From a virus, in IMG/VR virus record IMGVR_UViG_3300049460_000150, positions 1-64,000 of that record: a stretch of DNA of 64,000 nucleotides, one strand, 5' to 3'. This document shows positions 55,354 through 64,000 of this stretch, piece after piece. The position numbers and the translations under genes were made by a program. The notes under the pieces were generated by a model. The model was not told the DNA's origin. It was given only the letters and a program-made list of their open reading frames with translations, and searched no databases. Numbering within the stretch: the stretch's first letter is position 1; every line of letters starts with the position of its first letter.

Positions 55354-56082
55354 ATGACTACTATCGATCCCGTAGCAGCAGCCATCGCCGCCGCACAGCA
55401 AACCGCCGCTGCAACCCCTGCTGTACAACACAGCCAAGTCACCGACGTTGCCGTAGCCGGTAACACCGCTGTCGGCGCTGTCGCTCCGAAAGGCGCTCCG
55501 CTGTCGATGGAAACCCTGATGATGGGTTCCATGTCCGTGGATGGCTGGCTGAAGCCGAAGGAATACGGTCTGGCTGTCGGCGACAATCCGGCCCTGTTCA
55601 CTTCCGCGAAAGTGTACCTGGACATGACCGATGGCTCTGGCTTCATCTCGAAGATGGCGATCAAGGGCGGCAACCCGGCGCAATACGCCTACACGACCGA
55701 TCTGGTCACGGCGATGGGTGGCGGCACCTGGGAAGCGGCGCAGGCCCGTATCCGCGCCCTGGACCCGAAAGCCAGCCCGTACCGCGCCGTTGATCTGCCG
55801 TTCACCGTGGCCGTCGATATCGTGGCCGTCCCGATGGGCGCACCCGCTGGCACGCCAGGAATCGTTCTGGCGAAGGCAGGCCAAAAGCTGGGCTATACCA
55901 CCAGCACGACCAATTGGGCGAACTGGGAGGCGTTCTACCGCGAGGTAGTGCAGGCCGGTCTGGTCGGCAAGAAGGTCGAGCTGACTATCGGCTCGCAGCG
56001 CCGCCAGAACAAGAACAACAACGTATGGGGCGTAATGACCTTTGCGTTGGTGGGCGAAGTCGTGGCCGAAGAAACCGAATAA
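55354..56082 (+). CDS. Putative ssDNA-binding protein
   Basis: Codon bias of a highly expressed gene, acidic C-terminal tip, position in the replication block; function is inference. Confidence 0.45.
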   Translation: MTTIDPVAAAIAAAQQTAAATPAVQHSQVTDVAVAGNTAVGAVAPKGAPLSMETLMMGSMSVDGWLKPKEYGLAVGDNPALFTSAKVYLDMTDGSGFISKMAIKGGNPAQYAYTTDLVTAMGGGTWEAAQARIRALDPKASPYRAVDLPFTVAVDIVAVPMGAPAGTPGIVLAKAGQKLGYTTSTTNWANWEAFYREVVQAGLVGKKVELTIGSQRRQNKNNNVWGVMTFALVGEVVAEETE

Positions 56083-56109
56083 AATCGGTAAGAAAGTGGC
56101 CGCAAACAC

Positions 56110-56138
56110 TTGCGGCTACTTTCGAAGTGCTTTATAAT
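56110..56138 (+). promoter_or_regulatory. Sigma70-like promoter
   Basis: TTGCGG-N17-TATAAT; the -35 lies inside a hairpin at about 56092-56123. Confidence 0.6.
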
Positions 56139-56197
56139 CTGTTCCATCAACACGTAGTTCAAACAACTCTCTCTTACAATTTTTAAAGGAAATTATC

Positions 56198-56455
56198 ATG
56201 CTGCTGAAAGTCACCGTAAACGGCCAGGAATTCTTCGTTGACGCACCTAACAAGGGCACCGCTAAAGCCTTCGGCAAAAAGCAACTGAAGGTCGAAGTGA
56301 CCGAACTGTCGCTGGCCGACCTGCAAGCCCTGGACGTGTCCACCGTGGTCAAGGTCGAGATCGAAGAAAAGAAAGAAGGCGCTGCCGCTGAAGCAACCGA
56401 AGCCAACACCGCGCCGGCCGCTACCGAGCAAGCCGCCGAAGCCGTGAACTACTAA
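56198..56455 (+). CDS. Small hypothetical protein, probably abundant
   Basis: AAGGA RBS, strong codon bias, own promoter and terminator. Confidence 0.75.
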   Translation: MLLKVTVNGQEFFVDAPNKGTAKAFGKKQLKVEVTELSLADLQALDVSTVVKVEIEEKKEGAAAEATEANTAPAATEQAAEAVNY

Positions 56456-56473
56456 TCCCGGCCAGCCGTAGAG

Positions 56474-56498
56474 AAAGCCCGCCACGAGCGGGCTTTTT
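56474..56498 (+). terminator. Intrinsic terminator
   Basis: AAAGCCCGC-CACGA-GCGGGCTTTTT. Confidence 0.8.
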
Positions 56499-56573
56499 CA
56501 CGGGCAGTTTTAATAGCTATGTGGTCTAGACCAACCACGAACACATAGCTCTTATCAACTGATAACACGTATT

Positions 56574-56597
56574 AAGCCCCACTTCGGGGCTTTTCTT
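56574..56597 (+). terminator. Second intrinsic terminator
   Basis: AAGCCCC-ACTTC-GGGGCTTTTCTT. Confidence 0.7.
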
Positions 56598-56611
56598 CCA
56601 GGTGCAAACCT

Positions 56612-57394
56612 ATGTCCATAATCAACCTAGTTGACTGCAATAACATTGTGCGGGTCCGCTTCGAAAAAGATGGCTATGCTTTACGCAATCTTTTCGAATG
56701 GGCTTTCCGCGATCCAGAACCACACATCTTTGTCTTCGACGGAAAGAACGCAAAGGCATCACGCCGCGCCATCTTCCCCGGCTACAAAGTCGGGCGCACT
56801 CCGGCACCGGATAACTTCTATCGTCAGCTTGAGATTTTTCAAGAGCTTCTGACGTACACCAACAAGGTGCAAATGAAGGTGCCACTCTTCGAGGCGGATG
56901 ATGCAATCGCCTCCATGGTTTTCAACAATCCTACGGCCAAGTTCCGCGTCCATTCCAACGACGGCGACTTTGCACGTCTCATAAATGAGAACGTTGAGAT
57001 GACCACGCCAACGCTGAAGGACATTCCGGCCCACGAAATTCGCCTCTACAAAACGCTCAAGGGCGACGGCGCGGATAAGATACCAGGCGTTCGCCTTTAC
57101 GGTCAAAAGTCCTGGGAGGGAATGACCCAGGCGCACAAGGACAATTGGTACAAGCTCCTGGCCCATTTGGAAACGCTAGACCCAGCGAGCGAAACGGCCA
57201 GCATTGCCACTGGTGGCCTCAACCTCACCGATGGGCAGCAAGCATGGCTGCTGGAAAACTGGCGTCTGGTACGATCCTTCTGGCTCGTAGTAGACTTCCT
57301 CAAAGTGCCAGCCGAAACCATGGCACAACACACGGTCGTCGGCACGCCACGTTACGCGCTTGGCGACTCACTTTTGAAGGAGCTGCTTCTGTGA
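56612..57394 (+). CDS. 5'-3' exonuclease/flap endonuclease
   Basis: DCNN, FDG, YKVGR, EADD, NDGDF, GDGADKIPGV. Confidence 0.88.
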   Translation: MSIINLVDCNNIVRVRFEKDGYALRNLFEWAFRDPEPHIFVFDGKNAKASRRAIFPGYKVGRTPAPDNFYRQLEIFQELLTYTNKVQMKVPLFEADDAIASMVFNNPTAKFRVHSNDGDFARLINENVEMTTPTLKDIPAHEIRLYKTLKGDGADKIPGVRLYGQKSWEGMTQAHKDNWYKLLAHLETLDPASETASIATGGLNLTDGQQAWLLENWRLVRSFWLVVDFLKVPAETMAQHTVVGTPRYALGDSLLKELLL

Positions 57395-57660
57395 GCGATT
57401 ACGAACTCCCAAGCATTCAGGAAGTCGCGCAACACTTGCGCGACAAACGCAAGGCGTATCAGCAACGGTATGGGTACGCCCCCAACTACGTTGTTTTTCG
57501 TGAGCGCTGGAAGATGGTGGACTGCACGAGTCTGCTTAACGGAACCAACGGGGTCCAACCAGTGGGCGTTATGCGTCTGCGCGACTTGACCATGTTCGAT
57601 GGTCTGACGGTGCTGTTTTCTGATAAAATTTCGGAGTCCTTTGTGGGGATACTCGAATGA
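57391..57660 (+). CDS. Hypothetical protein
   Basis: AAGGAG RBS before GTG 57391; overlaps at both ends. Confidence 0.55.
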   Translation: MSDYELPSIQEVAQHLRDKRKAYQQRYGYAPNYVVFRERWKMVDCTSLLNGTNGVQPVGVMRLRDLTMFDGLTVLFSDKISESFVGILE

Positions 57661-60269
57661 AACGACCTAAGCCCAATACCATCTTGGTCGATTCCCGTAA
57701 CTGGGCGTCGATCAAGGACCGTGTGAGAGCCGAGATATCTGCCGCTGGTCTGGCGGGCCTGGACATCGAGACCGAGGACAGCCGCCGCCACGAGGGTCTT
57801 AACCGTCTGATGCAAGTCGATGACGAAGGACACAAAAGCAGCACGAAAAAGCTGCTTTTCGATACCAATCGCACGACCATCACCGGCTTCTCTGTCTACG
57901 CCGATGATTCTGATACGGCCTACTACATCAATCTGGCCCACGCGGACGTGGAAAACCGCGTGCCTTGGACCCTGGCCCGCGAGCTGTTGGATTGCAAGCG
58001 CCCAGAGGCTTCCTGGGTGTGCCACAACGCGCCCTTTGAATTGACGATGTTCCGCAAGTGTTTGGGCCTCAAGTTGGACAAGGTTATCTGCACCATGCAG
58101 CTCGCGGTAACGGCGTTCAACGACGACACCTACAGCCGCGAGGACTTCATCAAGCCGGGCCTGGGGGGTATTGAGCGCCTGATGCCTCAGATCATTCGCG
58201 CCTTCGCCACGTTCCAGGGCAACGGCTCGAACGACATGGACGACAAGCAATCCGACTTGTTCTTCAAAGTGGTAGCGAAAGAGTCGAAAGCCGAACACTC
58301 GTGGATCGGTTACATGAAGACCATGACCTGGACGTTCGGCCTGAAGAAGCTTTCGAAGCGCTTCCTGGGCTACACCCAGACCACGTTTGAAGAGGTCTTG
58401 AACGGTCGGGCGCACATGGGCCAGTTGACCGGCGAGGAAGTGGCTGAATACGGCGCAGACGATGCCTGGGTTTGTATGCACCTCTTCCACGAGTTGCTGG
58501 CCTATCTTGCACAGACGAATGCGAAGGCAATACCAACGTTCTTTAGCCAAGAGAATCCGATGATCCACGTCTACTCCGACGTGTGGGCTGACGGCGTTAG
58601 GATCGACATCAAACAAGTGCTGGCCCGCCAGCTCGTTTCTCGCAAGCAGTATGCCCGCACGCTGGCAGAGCTGAAGGCTGAGGTGCGCAAGATGCTGCCG
58701 TTCCCGCAGGACGTGCATGAAAAGCTGGTCAAGTACGACCCTAAAGGCTACGGCAAAGAAGGAACGGCGGAGCGGTATCGCCATCAGGTAGAAACCTGGG
58801 CAAAGATGGCCGACGCACCCAATGCCTTCGAGCAGATTTACCAGACCAAGAACCCGCTGGGTAAACAGTGGGGCGCGGAGCTGAACCGTAAAGAGTCGAA
58901 GGGCTTGTCCATCAACTACTACCAAGTCAAGCGCTGTATCCTGCTGGACTTGTGCCGTTGCAGCTTCCAGCTCAATGATGGGAAACCAGCATCGGATGCG
59001 GACGCCATCGATACGATGGAAGAACGGTGGAAGAAGAAGGGCGATGGCGGCGAGCGTGGCCCAGCGGCGTACGAGCCGGTGCTTAAAATCATTGAGCTTT
59101 ATAAGAAGCTGGCGAAGATTGAACAGGTCAACAAACTGTTCATCAACTCGTACTTGAACTTGACCGATCCCGACACCGGCAAAGTCTACCCGACTTTGAA
59201 CTCGCTGTTGAACTCGCGCCGTATGGCGTTGGCGACACCGAACCTGTCGCAGCTCCCGAAGTACGACGAGAACGCTTTTGTTCGCTCGTTCTTCCTGGCC
59301 GACGAGGACGACCATATCATCATCTCCGCCGACTGGGCCTCCATCGAGCTGGTGCTGATCGGCGACCGATCCGGCGACCCTGGCTTCGCTGCCGTTTTCG
59401 GCCAGCTCCCGTTCGGCGACTTGCACTCGGAAACGGCGGCTTTCTTGCAAGATTTGAGCGTGCTAGATTTCAAGCAGCGTCCTACCTACAAGGAAGAACG
59501 CCGCGACCTGGGCAAAGTGCCAAACTTCGGCTACTGGTATTCCGGCGCGCTGGGTCAAGCCGCGAAGGCCATGAACTGGGGCAGCGAGAAGATGTGGGAA
59601 GCCACGGACAAGTATCGTCAGCGTTTCCCAGTGGCGGAAGCGTGGCGTGTTGGCGTCATCCAGAAGACGCGGGAAACTGGCATTGTCCACTTGCCAGACG
59701 GTCACACGCGGATTCGTTACGAATCCACGTACGATTGGGCGCAGCAGATGCGTGCCAAATGGGCGCGTCACGGCGATATAGCTCTGAAGTTCGGGGAACA
59801 GGTCATTAAGAAGATTCAGACCCGCTCCGGCAATCAGGCCGTCAACTCGGAGATTCAAGGCACTTGCGCCACGCTGGCGAAGCGTGCAATCTTGCGCATC
59901 CGCGAGAAGGTAGCACAGATGGATTTACGCGCTCGATTCATGTTCCCAGTACACGACGAATTGGTGTTCTCGGTTCACAAATACGACGCGCTGCCGTTCA
60001 TCCGCATTCTGCGTCAAGCGATGTGCGAAGGCCACGAAGACATCGTTACGCGCCTGAAACTGGATTGCGCCGTGGCTGTTGGCTTCAACTACCTGGGATG
60101 GGATGCCGAGACCAATCCAACGGGCCAGATCGAGCTGGACGAGTGCAGCAAGTTGCCGATCTTCGGCAAAGAGAAGTGGGGTACGAAACTGGACGAAAGC
60201 GACTACACAGCCGTGATCGATTATCTGTATGCAGTTAGAGCCAAGAAAGAGGAAGAGGTGACAGCATGA
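57657..60269 (+). CDS. polA: Family A DNA polymerase with 3'-5' exonuclease
   Basis: DIET, HNAPFE and YGADDA (exonuclease); PNLSQLP, DWASIEL (motif A), RRDLGKVPNFGYWY (motif B), VHDEL (motif C). Confidence 0.93.
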   Translation: MKRPKPNTILVDSRNWASIKDRVRAEISAAGLAGLDIETEDSRRHEGLNRLMQVDDEGHKSSTKKLLFDTNRTTITGFSVYADDSDTAYYINLAHADVENRVPWTLARELLDCKRPEASWVCHNAPFELTMFRKCLGLKLDKVICTMQLAVTAFNDDTYSREDFIKPGLGGIERLMPQIIRAFATFQGNGSNDMDDKQSDLFFKVVAKESKAEHSWIGYMKTMTWTFGLKKLSKRFLGYTQTTFEEVLNGRAHMGQLTGEEVAEYGADDAWVCMHLFHELLAYLAQTNAKAIPTFFSQENPMIHVYSDVWADGVRIDIKQVLARQLVSRKQYARTLAELKAEVRKMLPFPQDVHEKLVKYDPKGYGKEGTAERYRHQVETWAKMADAPNAFEQIYQTKNPLGKQWGAELNRKESKGLSINYYQVKRCILLDLCRCSFQLNDGKPASDADAIDTMEERWKKKGDGGERGPAAYEPVLKIIELYKKLAKIEQVNKLFINSYLNLTDPDTGKVYPTLNSLLNSRRMALATPNLSQLPKYDENAFVRSFFLADEDDHIIISADWASIELVLIGDRSGDPGFAAVFGQLPFGDLHSETAAFLQDLSVLDFKQRPTYKEERRDLGKVPNFGYWYSGALGQAAKAMNWGSEKMWEATDKYRQRFPVAEAWRVGVIQKTRETGIVHLPDGHTRIRYESTYDWAQQMRAKWARHGDIALKFGEQVIKKIQTRSGNQAVNSEIQGTCATLAKRAILRIREKVAQMDLRARFMFPVHDELVFSVHKYDALPFIRILRQAMCEGHEDIVTRLKLDCAVAVGFNYLGWDAETNPTGQIELDECSKLPIFGKEKWGTKLDESDYTAVIDYLYAVRAKKEEEVTA

Positions 60270-60943
60270 GAATTAGCAGCTTTCAAATAGCGGTTACGCT
60301 GTGGATGGACCGCTGCTTCGGCCCGCTGATTGCGGGCGATAAAGAGGAACGTGGGTTCCGTTTCCTGGAAGAGTCATTGGAGCTGGTCCAGTCCACAGGC
60401 TGTTCTAAGGAAGACGCGCACAAGCTGGTCGATTACGTCTACGGTCGCCCCGTGGGCGAGATCGCGCAAGAGGTCGGTGGCGTCTCTGTCACCTTAGCCG
60501 CGCTGTGCCAAGCTAACGGCGTTTCGTGGGAGGCGGCGGCGGTCGATGAATACCGCCGCATCAACACGCGGGAGGCGATGCTGAAGATTCAGCAAAAGCA
60601 ACTGACAAAACCGCAGCGTAGCCCGCTGCCGGGTCACACGGTTCCGGTGCAAGCCTTTTACACGCACAATCTGTCGGATGACGACCTGGAGCGCGAGGCT
60701 GGTTTGAGCCGTAACTTCGAAGCGCCATACGACCCCTTCGACGACCGAACCGGCGCTCCGATCTCCCCCGTGGTAATGGAGGCGTTGAATGCGCGCCTGA
60801 AGCCACTAGAACAGGCCAAGACGCTTGCGGTCTCGACCCCGAACGGTTGTGAATGCGAGCATCTGCGCCGCCTGTTCGAGCGGGAGCAACCAGAGTTCCA
60901 TCCTGACGGCCTGACAGGCGAATGGAAGGCACCTCATGGCTAA
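60266..60943 (+). CDS. MazG-like domain protein with C-terminal extension
   Basis: RFLEESLEL...QEVGGVSVTLAALC. Confidence 0.6.
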   Translation: MRISSFQIAVTLWMDRCFGPLIAGDKEERGFRFLEESLELVQSTGCSKEDAHKLVDYVYGRPVGEIAQEVGGVSVTLAALCQANGVSWEAAAVDEYRRINTREAMLKIQQKQLTKPQRSPLPGHTVPVQAFYTHNLSDDDLEREAGLSRNFEAPYDPFDDRTGAPISPVVMEALNARLKPLEQAKTLAVSTPNGCECEHLRRLFEREQPEFHPDGLTGEWKAPHG

Positions 60944-61367
60944 GTCTGTTTGGATGAACGCCCAGGCGGATTTCGAATCTGTCTGGGTGGGCAAACAATG
61001 CTGGTGCTACGCTTTCGAAGATACCAGGGAGGCGATGGGCCTCTCTGGCTCGCGCCGTGTGTTCACGAAGGGTCGGCCCTCCGACTATCTCGTGACCGCT
61101 GGTGGCAAGACGTTCTTTGCCGAGGTGAAGTCAAGCCAAAACGAGGTATCGTTTAACCTCAACAACGTTGAAGAGTCGCAGTGGCAAGCAGCCATCCGCT
61201 CGGTGGCCGCTGGTGGCCTCTACTTCTTCTTCATTCGTTGCGAAGTCAACGGCCTGTGGTTCCAGGTGCCAGCAGTGATCTTGGTGGAACAACGCAAGAC
61301 CAAGAAAAGTATCAAATGGGTAGACCTTAAACCTTACTTCTGGAAGATGTCACATGAACATAAATAA
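60936..61367 (+). CDS. PD-(D/E)xK nuclease, Holliday junction resolvase-like
   Basis: PSDYLV...FAEVKS; 143 aa in the replication block. Confidence 0.72.
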   Translation: MAKSVWMNAQADFESVWVGKQCWCYAFEDTREAMGLSGSRRVFTKGRPSDYLVTAGGKTFFAEVKSSQNEVSFNLNNVEESQWQAAIRSVAAGGLYFFFIRCEVNGLWFQVPAVILVEQRKTKKSIKWVDLKPYFWKMSHEHK

Positions 61368-62010
61368 AGACGATTTCCCCGACGTGATGGTGGACATTGA
61401 AACCACCGGCACCGACTCGGCCTCTTGCGCGATCATTCAGATCGCAGCGGTGCGTTTCAACCTCCAGGCGCGTACCGTGTCACCGGACTTCTTCGACCGC
61501 TGCCTGATGATTCCCACGACGCGCTTCTGGCAGGAAGGCGGGCGCGATTTCTGGGTCAAACGTAAGGAGCTGTTCCACAGCATCAGCGCCCGCATGGAAG
61601 ACCCAGAAACGGTGATGCGCGCTCTGATCGAATGGTGCGGCGGTCAGCGCGTGCTGTGGGCCAAGCCAAGTCACTTCGAATTCCCGTTCCTGGAATCGTA
61701 CTTCCGCCGCTACGAACTGCAAACGCCGTTCTTCTACCGCAGCGTGAACGACCAGAACTCGTTCTTCCGTGGCCTGTATTACCCGGCCACGGTGCCTGAC
61801 TTCGAGCGCTCCTTGCCCTTCGTCGGCGAACTGCACAATGGCCTGTACGATACCTTGCACCAATTGAAGGTGTTGTTCCACACGGTTGAGGACGCGATGG
61901 CGCAGCGTAACGCGGTCCTGGGCGCGGTGGGCGAGATCGTGGGCGAGATGAAACAGGTCCTCGACACGGTTGGCGACGGTCCCGACAACCCGGCCACTGG
62001 AGCAGCATAA
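61354..62010 (+). CDS. DEDDh 3'-5' exonuclease
   Basis: VDIETTG...IIQIAAVRF...HNGLYD. Confidence 0.82.
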   Translation: MNINKDDFPDVMVDIETTGTDSASCAIIQIAAVRFNLQARTVSPDFFDRCLMIPTTRFWQEGGRDFWVKRKELFHSISARMEDPETVMRALIEWCGGQRVLWAKPSHFEFPFLESYFRRYELQTPFFYRSVNDQNSFFRGLYYPATVPDFERSLPFVGELHNGLYDTLHQLKVLFHTVEDAMAQRNAVLGAVGEIVGEMKQVLDTVGDGPDNPATGAA

Positions 62011-62322
62011 ATGCAGATGGAATTGCACCGGAATTATCCGCAGGCTATTAAGAACGTTCTTGGCATCGTTGTCGGCATCAAATTGATGCCAAGTAGTCTG
62101 CCAAAAGAAGGGCCGATTTCCTTGCACGAAATCGGATATCCTGCCATACTGATGGCTTGCAATTTGTGGGAAGCCGAAGATGGCGACTCCAAGCACTGGG
62201 ATTGGTACTATTGCCATGACCCAGAAATAAACGCCAAGATCGACAAGTTTGTGCGTGAACAAGCGCTCAACTTTCATCAGTGGTACTACCTCGATGTGTT
62301 TGACTTTCAAGACGGAGAATAA
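62011..62322 (+). CDS. Hypothetical protein
   Basis: GGAG RBS; contiguous with its neighbours. Confidence 0.55.
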   Translation: MQMELHRNYPQAIKNVLGIVVGIKLMPSSLPKEGPISLHEIGYPAILMACNLWEAEDGDSKHWDWYYCHDPEINAKIDKFVREQALNFHQWYYLDVFDFQDGE

Positions 62323-62324
62323 AA

Positions 62325-62741
62325 ATGACTGCACGTACCAACGCAAAAACCAAAGGTGTTCCAACCCGCGATTCCGAGAAGCCAAGCCGTCACGCCCAAG
62401 CGAAGGCTACGGCCCGCAAGACCAACGGTGATGTTGGCTACACGGACGTTGCCGCCCAGCCGTTCGAGCTGGTCAAGCCTGTGCTGATGCCGCGCCAAGC
62501 ACTGTTCATCAACGCCCTGCCGGACAACATCGCCGACGATCTGATGGTGTCCTCCATGGCAGAACAGATGTACGGCAAGATGGGCTACAACCGCATGGAA
62601 GGCAAAGCGGGCTGGCACACCACGCAATGCTCCACCGAAGACCTGAAACTGATGCTGAAGAATCTGGTGGCAAAGCAGGACTGGATCGACGTGGCAATCG
62701 TGTCGAGTATGCTGCTGATCCGTGAACAACTGGCGATGTAA
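62325..62741 (+). CDS. Hypothetical protein
   Basis: GGAG RBS; followed by a terminator. Confidence 0.7.
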   Translation: MTARTNAKTKGVPTRDSEKPSRHAQAKATARKTNGDVGYTDVAAQPFELVKPVLMPRQALFINALPDNIADDLMVSSMAEQMYGKMGYNRMEGKAGWHTTQCSTEDLKLMLKNLVAKQDWIDVAIVSSMLLIREQLAM

Positions 62742-62767
62742 AATCCAGACCAATCTGGCGTAGCAAC

Positions 62768-62790
62768 AGCCCCGCAGTGCGGGGCTTTTT
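62768..62790 (+). terminator. Intrinsic terminator
   Basis: AGCCCCGC-AGT-GCGGGGCTTTTT. Confidence 0.75.
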
Positions 62791-62804
62791 CACAGGAGAA
62801 AATC

Positions 62805-63803
62805 ATGAATGTAATACCTTTCGAAATCGGCGATGTCCACCTGGGCCGCAAGTTCACCAATGGCGTGCCGTTGCACCGCAAGGGCGACCGCGAGCGCATG
62901 GTGATGGACGACTTCAAGATGCGGCTTGCCACTTACGATGGCCCGCTGCTGGTCCAGACTGGCGACCTCTTCGACTCCTTCACCGTGGACGAGGCAATCG
63001 TTCTGGACGTGGCCCGCACCGTGCGCGCCGCCGCGACGGCGCACCCTGACAGCATCTACGTGTTCTATCGCGGCAATCACGACGCCAGCAAGGACACCAG
63101 CAAGGCCAGCTCCTTTGACGTGTTCAAAGAGCTGATGCAAGGGCTGGAAAACGTCAAGGTCTTGACCAACGTTGACGTTGTGATCTTTGAAGGTCAAGCT
63201 TTCGGGTTCATCCCCTGGCATCCATTCAAGTCAGCCGATGAGCTGGCCCAGAACCTTATCGACAACTGGGGAGGTTTCCAGTTCGAGGCCGTCTACGGCC
63301 ACTGGGACGTGGAAGGTTACGGCAGCGCTGCGCATGACTTCAACATGGTGCCCACGAAGATACTTTCGGCCCGCACCAAAGTGGTCAAGACCGGCCACGT
63401 TCATAAACCAACGGCTTTCGACCGCGACGGTGTGCGCGTGACCGTGATCGGTTCCATGCAGCCATACGCGCACGGCGAAGACCCAGCAACCACTTGGTAC
63501 AAGACGACCTCGTATGCTGACTTCAACGCCTACGGCCCACTGGAAAAAGAATGGTGCCGCAACCTAAACCTGCGCATCGTGGTCAAAGACGGCGAGGTGC
63601 CGGAACCGATCAACTGCCTGTCCTTCATCACGAAGAAGGCCACCGACAAGAACGACGATGAAGCCCCAGACCTGGATGTCCAGATCGCGGACTTTAACAT
63701 GGACAATCTGTTCTCGCAAGCCATGGACGCACGCGGCGTGACCAGCCATGTGCAAGAACTCGTTTCCTCCAAATTCAAAGAGCTGCGCAACACTGGAGCA
63801 TAA
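62805..63803 (+). CDS. SbcD/Mre11-like metallophosphoesterase nuclease
   Basis: GDVHLG, GDLFD, GNHD, GHVH; followed by an SbcC-like ATPase. Confidence 0.88.
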   Translation: MNVIPFEIGDVHLGRKFTNGVPLHRKGDRERMVMDDFKMRLATYDGPLLVQTGDLFDSFTVDEAIVLDVARTVRAAATAHPDSIYVFYRGNHDASKDTSKASSFDVFKELMQGLENVKVLTNVDVVIFEGQAFGFIPWHPFKSADELAQNLIDNWGGFQFEAVYGHWDVEGYGSAAHDFNMVPTKILSARTKVVKTGHVHKPTAFDRDGVRVTVIGSMQPYAHGEDPATTWYKTTSYADFNAYGPLEKEWCRNLNLRIVVKDGEVPEPINCLSFITKKATDKNDDEAPDLDVQIADFNMDNLFSQAMDARGVTSHVQELVSSKFKELRNTGA

Positions 63804-63804
63804 A

Positions 63805-64000
63805 ATGCTAAAAGACATCCGTATTCAAGGCACCTTCGGCCACCGTGATTCCTACTTCAACTTCGAAGAAGGTCTGACCTCCATCACGGGCCGTAACGGT
63901 CGTGGAAAATCCATGATCCAGGAAATGGTGCAGTTCGCCTACTGGGGCATCGCGGCGCTGCGCGGCGTATCCTCTGACTATCCAGAGCTGAAAGTCGTGC
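63805..64000 (+). CDS. SbcC/Rad50-like ATPase (partial)
   Basis: MLKDIRIQGTFGH...GLTSITGRNGRGKS Walker A; runs off the right edge. Confidence 0.82.
   Translation, partial: MLKDIRIQGTFGHRDSYFNFEEGLTSITGRNGRGKSMIQEMVQFAYWGIAALRGVSSDYPELKVV

Noticed and set aside
57486-59450. 654-aa minus-strand ORF (similarly 41629..42978 and 51712..52734)
   Set aside because: Antisense to well-supported genes (PolA, AAA+ ATPase, helicase); an artefact of codon bias.
48165-60943. Modified-base (e.g. Z-genome or 7-deazaguanine) system suggested by two MazG-like genes, dNMP kinase and PolA
   Set aside because: No PurZ, QueCDE/FolE, DpdA or other base-modifying enzyme was recognisable in this window.
1-64000. 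Prophage/att sites, tRNA genes, lysis cassette, host assignment
   Set aside because: I recognised no integrase, host genes, tRNA cloverleaf or endolysin/holin; they may lie outside the window. The host cannot be supported from the sequence alone.

Overview
This window is about 64 kb of a long-tailed (siphovirus-like) dsDNA phage genome, roughly 55-57% GC by eye. It has no host genes, and I found no tRNA, integrase or lysis cassette. Bases 1-23 kb (minus strand) are the morphogenesis module: gpA-type terminase, portal, protease/scaffold, decoration protein, major capsid, connectors, major tail, tail chaperones with a probable -1 frameshift, tape measure, lambda M/L/K/I-like tail tip genes and a truncated J-like tip protein. 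An Arc-like repressor sits on the opposite strand inside this module. From 23 kb onward everything is on the plus strand: a primase-polymerase/SF3 helicase, two paralogous unknown genes, a motif-dense control region (29.3-30.8 kb), about 45 small early-type genes, then nucleotide and DNA metabolism genes (MazG-like proteins, dNMP kinase, SNF2-like helicase, Toprim protein, flap exonuclease, PolA, resolvase-like nuclease, DEDD exonuclease, SbcD/SbcC). Four unexplained structures stand out. (1) An 18-bp palindrome, GGTCCCG-N4-CGGGACC, occurs 20 times in both orientations, only within 27.6-44.4 kb, mostly right after stop codons, so it punctuates the early genes like cassettes. (2) Seven DnaA-box matches cluster in about 220 bp, although the phage encodes its own replication enzymes. 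(3) Two further 17-bp palindrome families occur in the control region, and one has an exact copy upstream of the terminase gene. (4) A minimal ClpX-like ATPase lacks the ClpP-docking loop. All protein calls rest on motifs and gene order recognised by eye; no database search was run.
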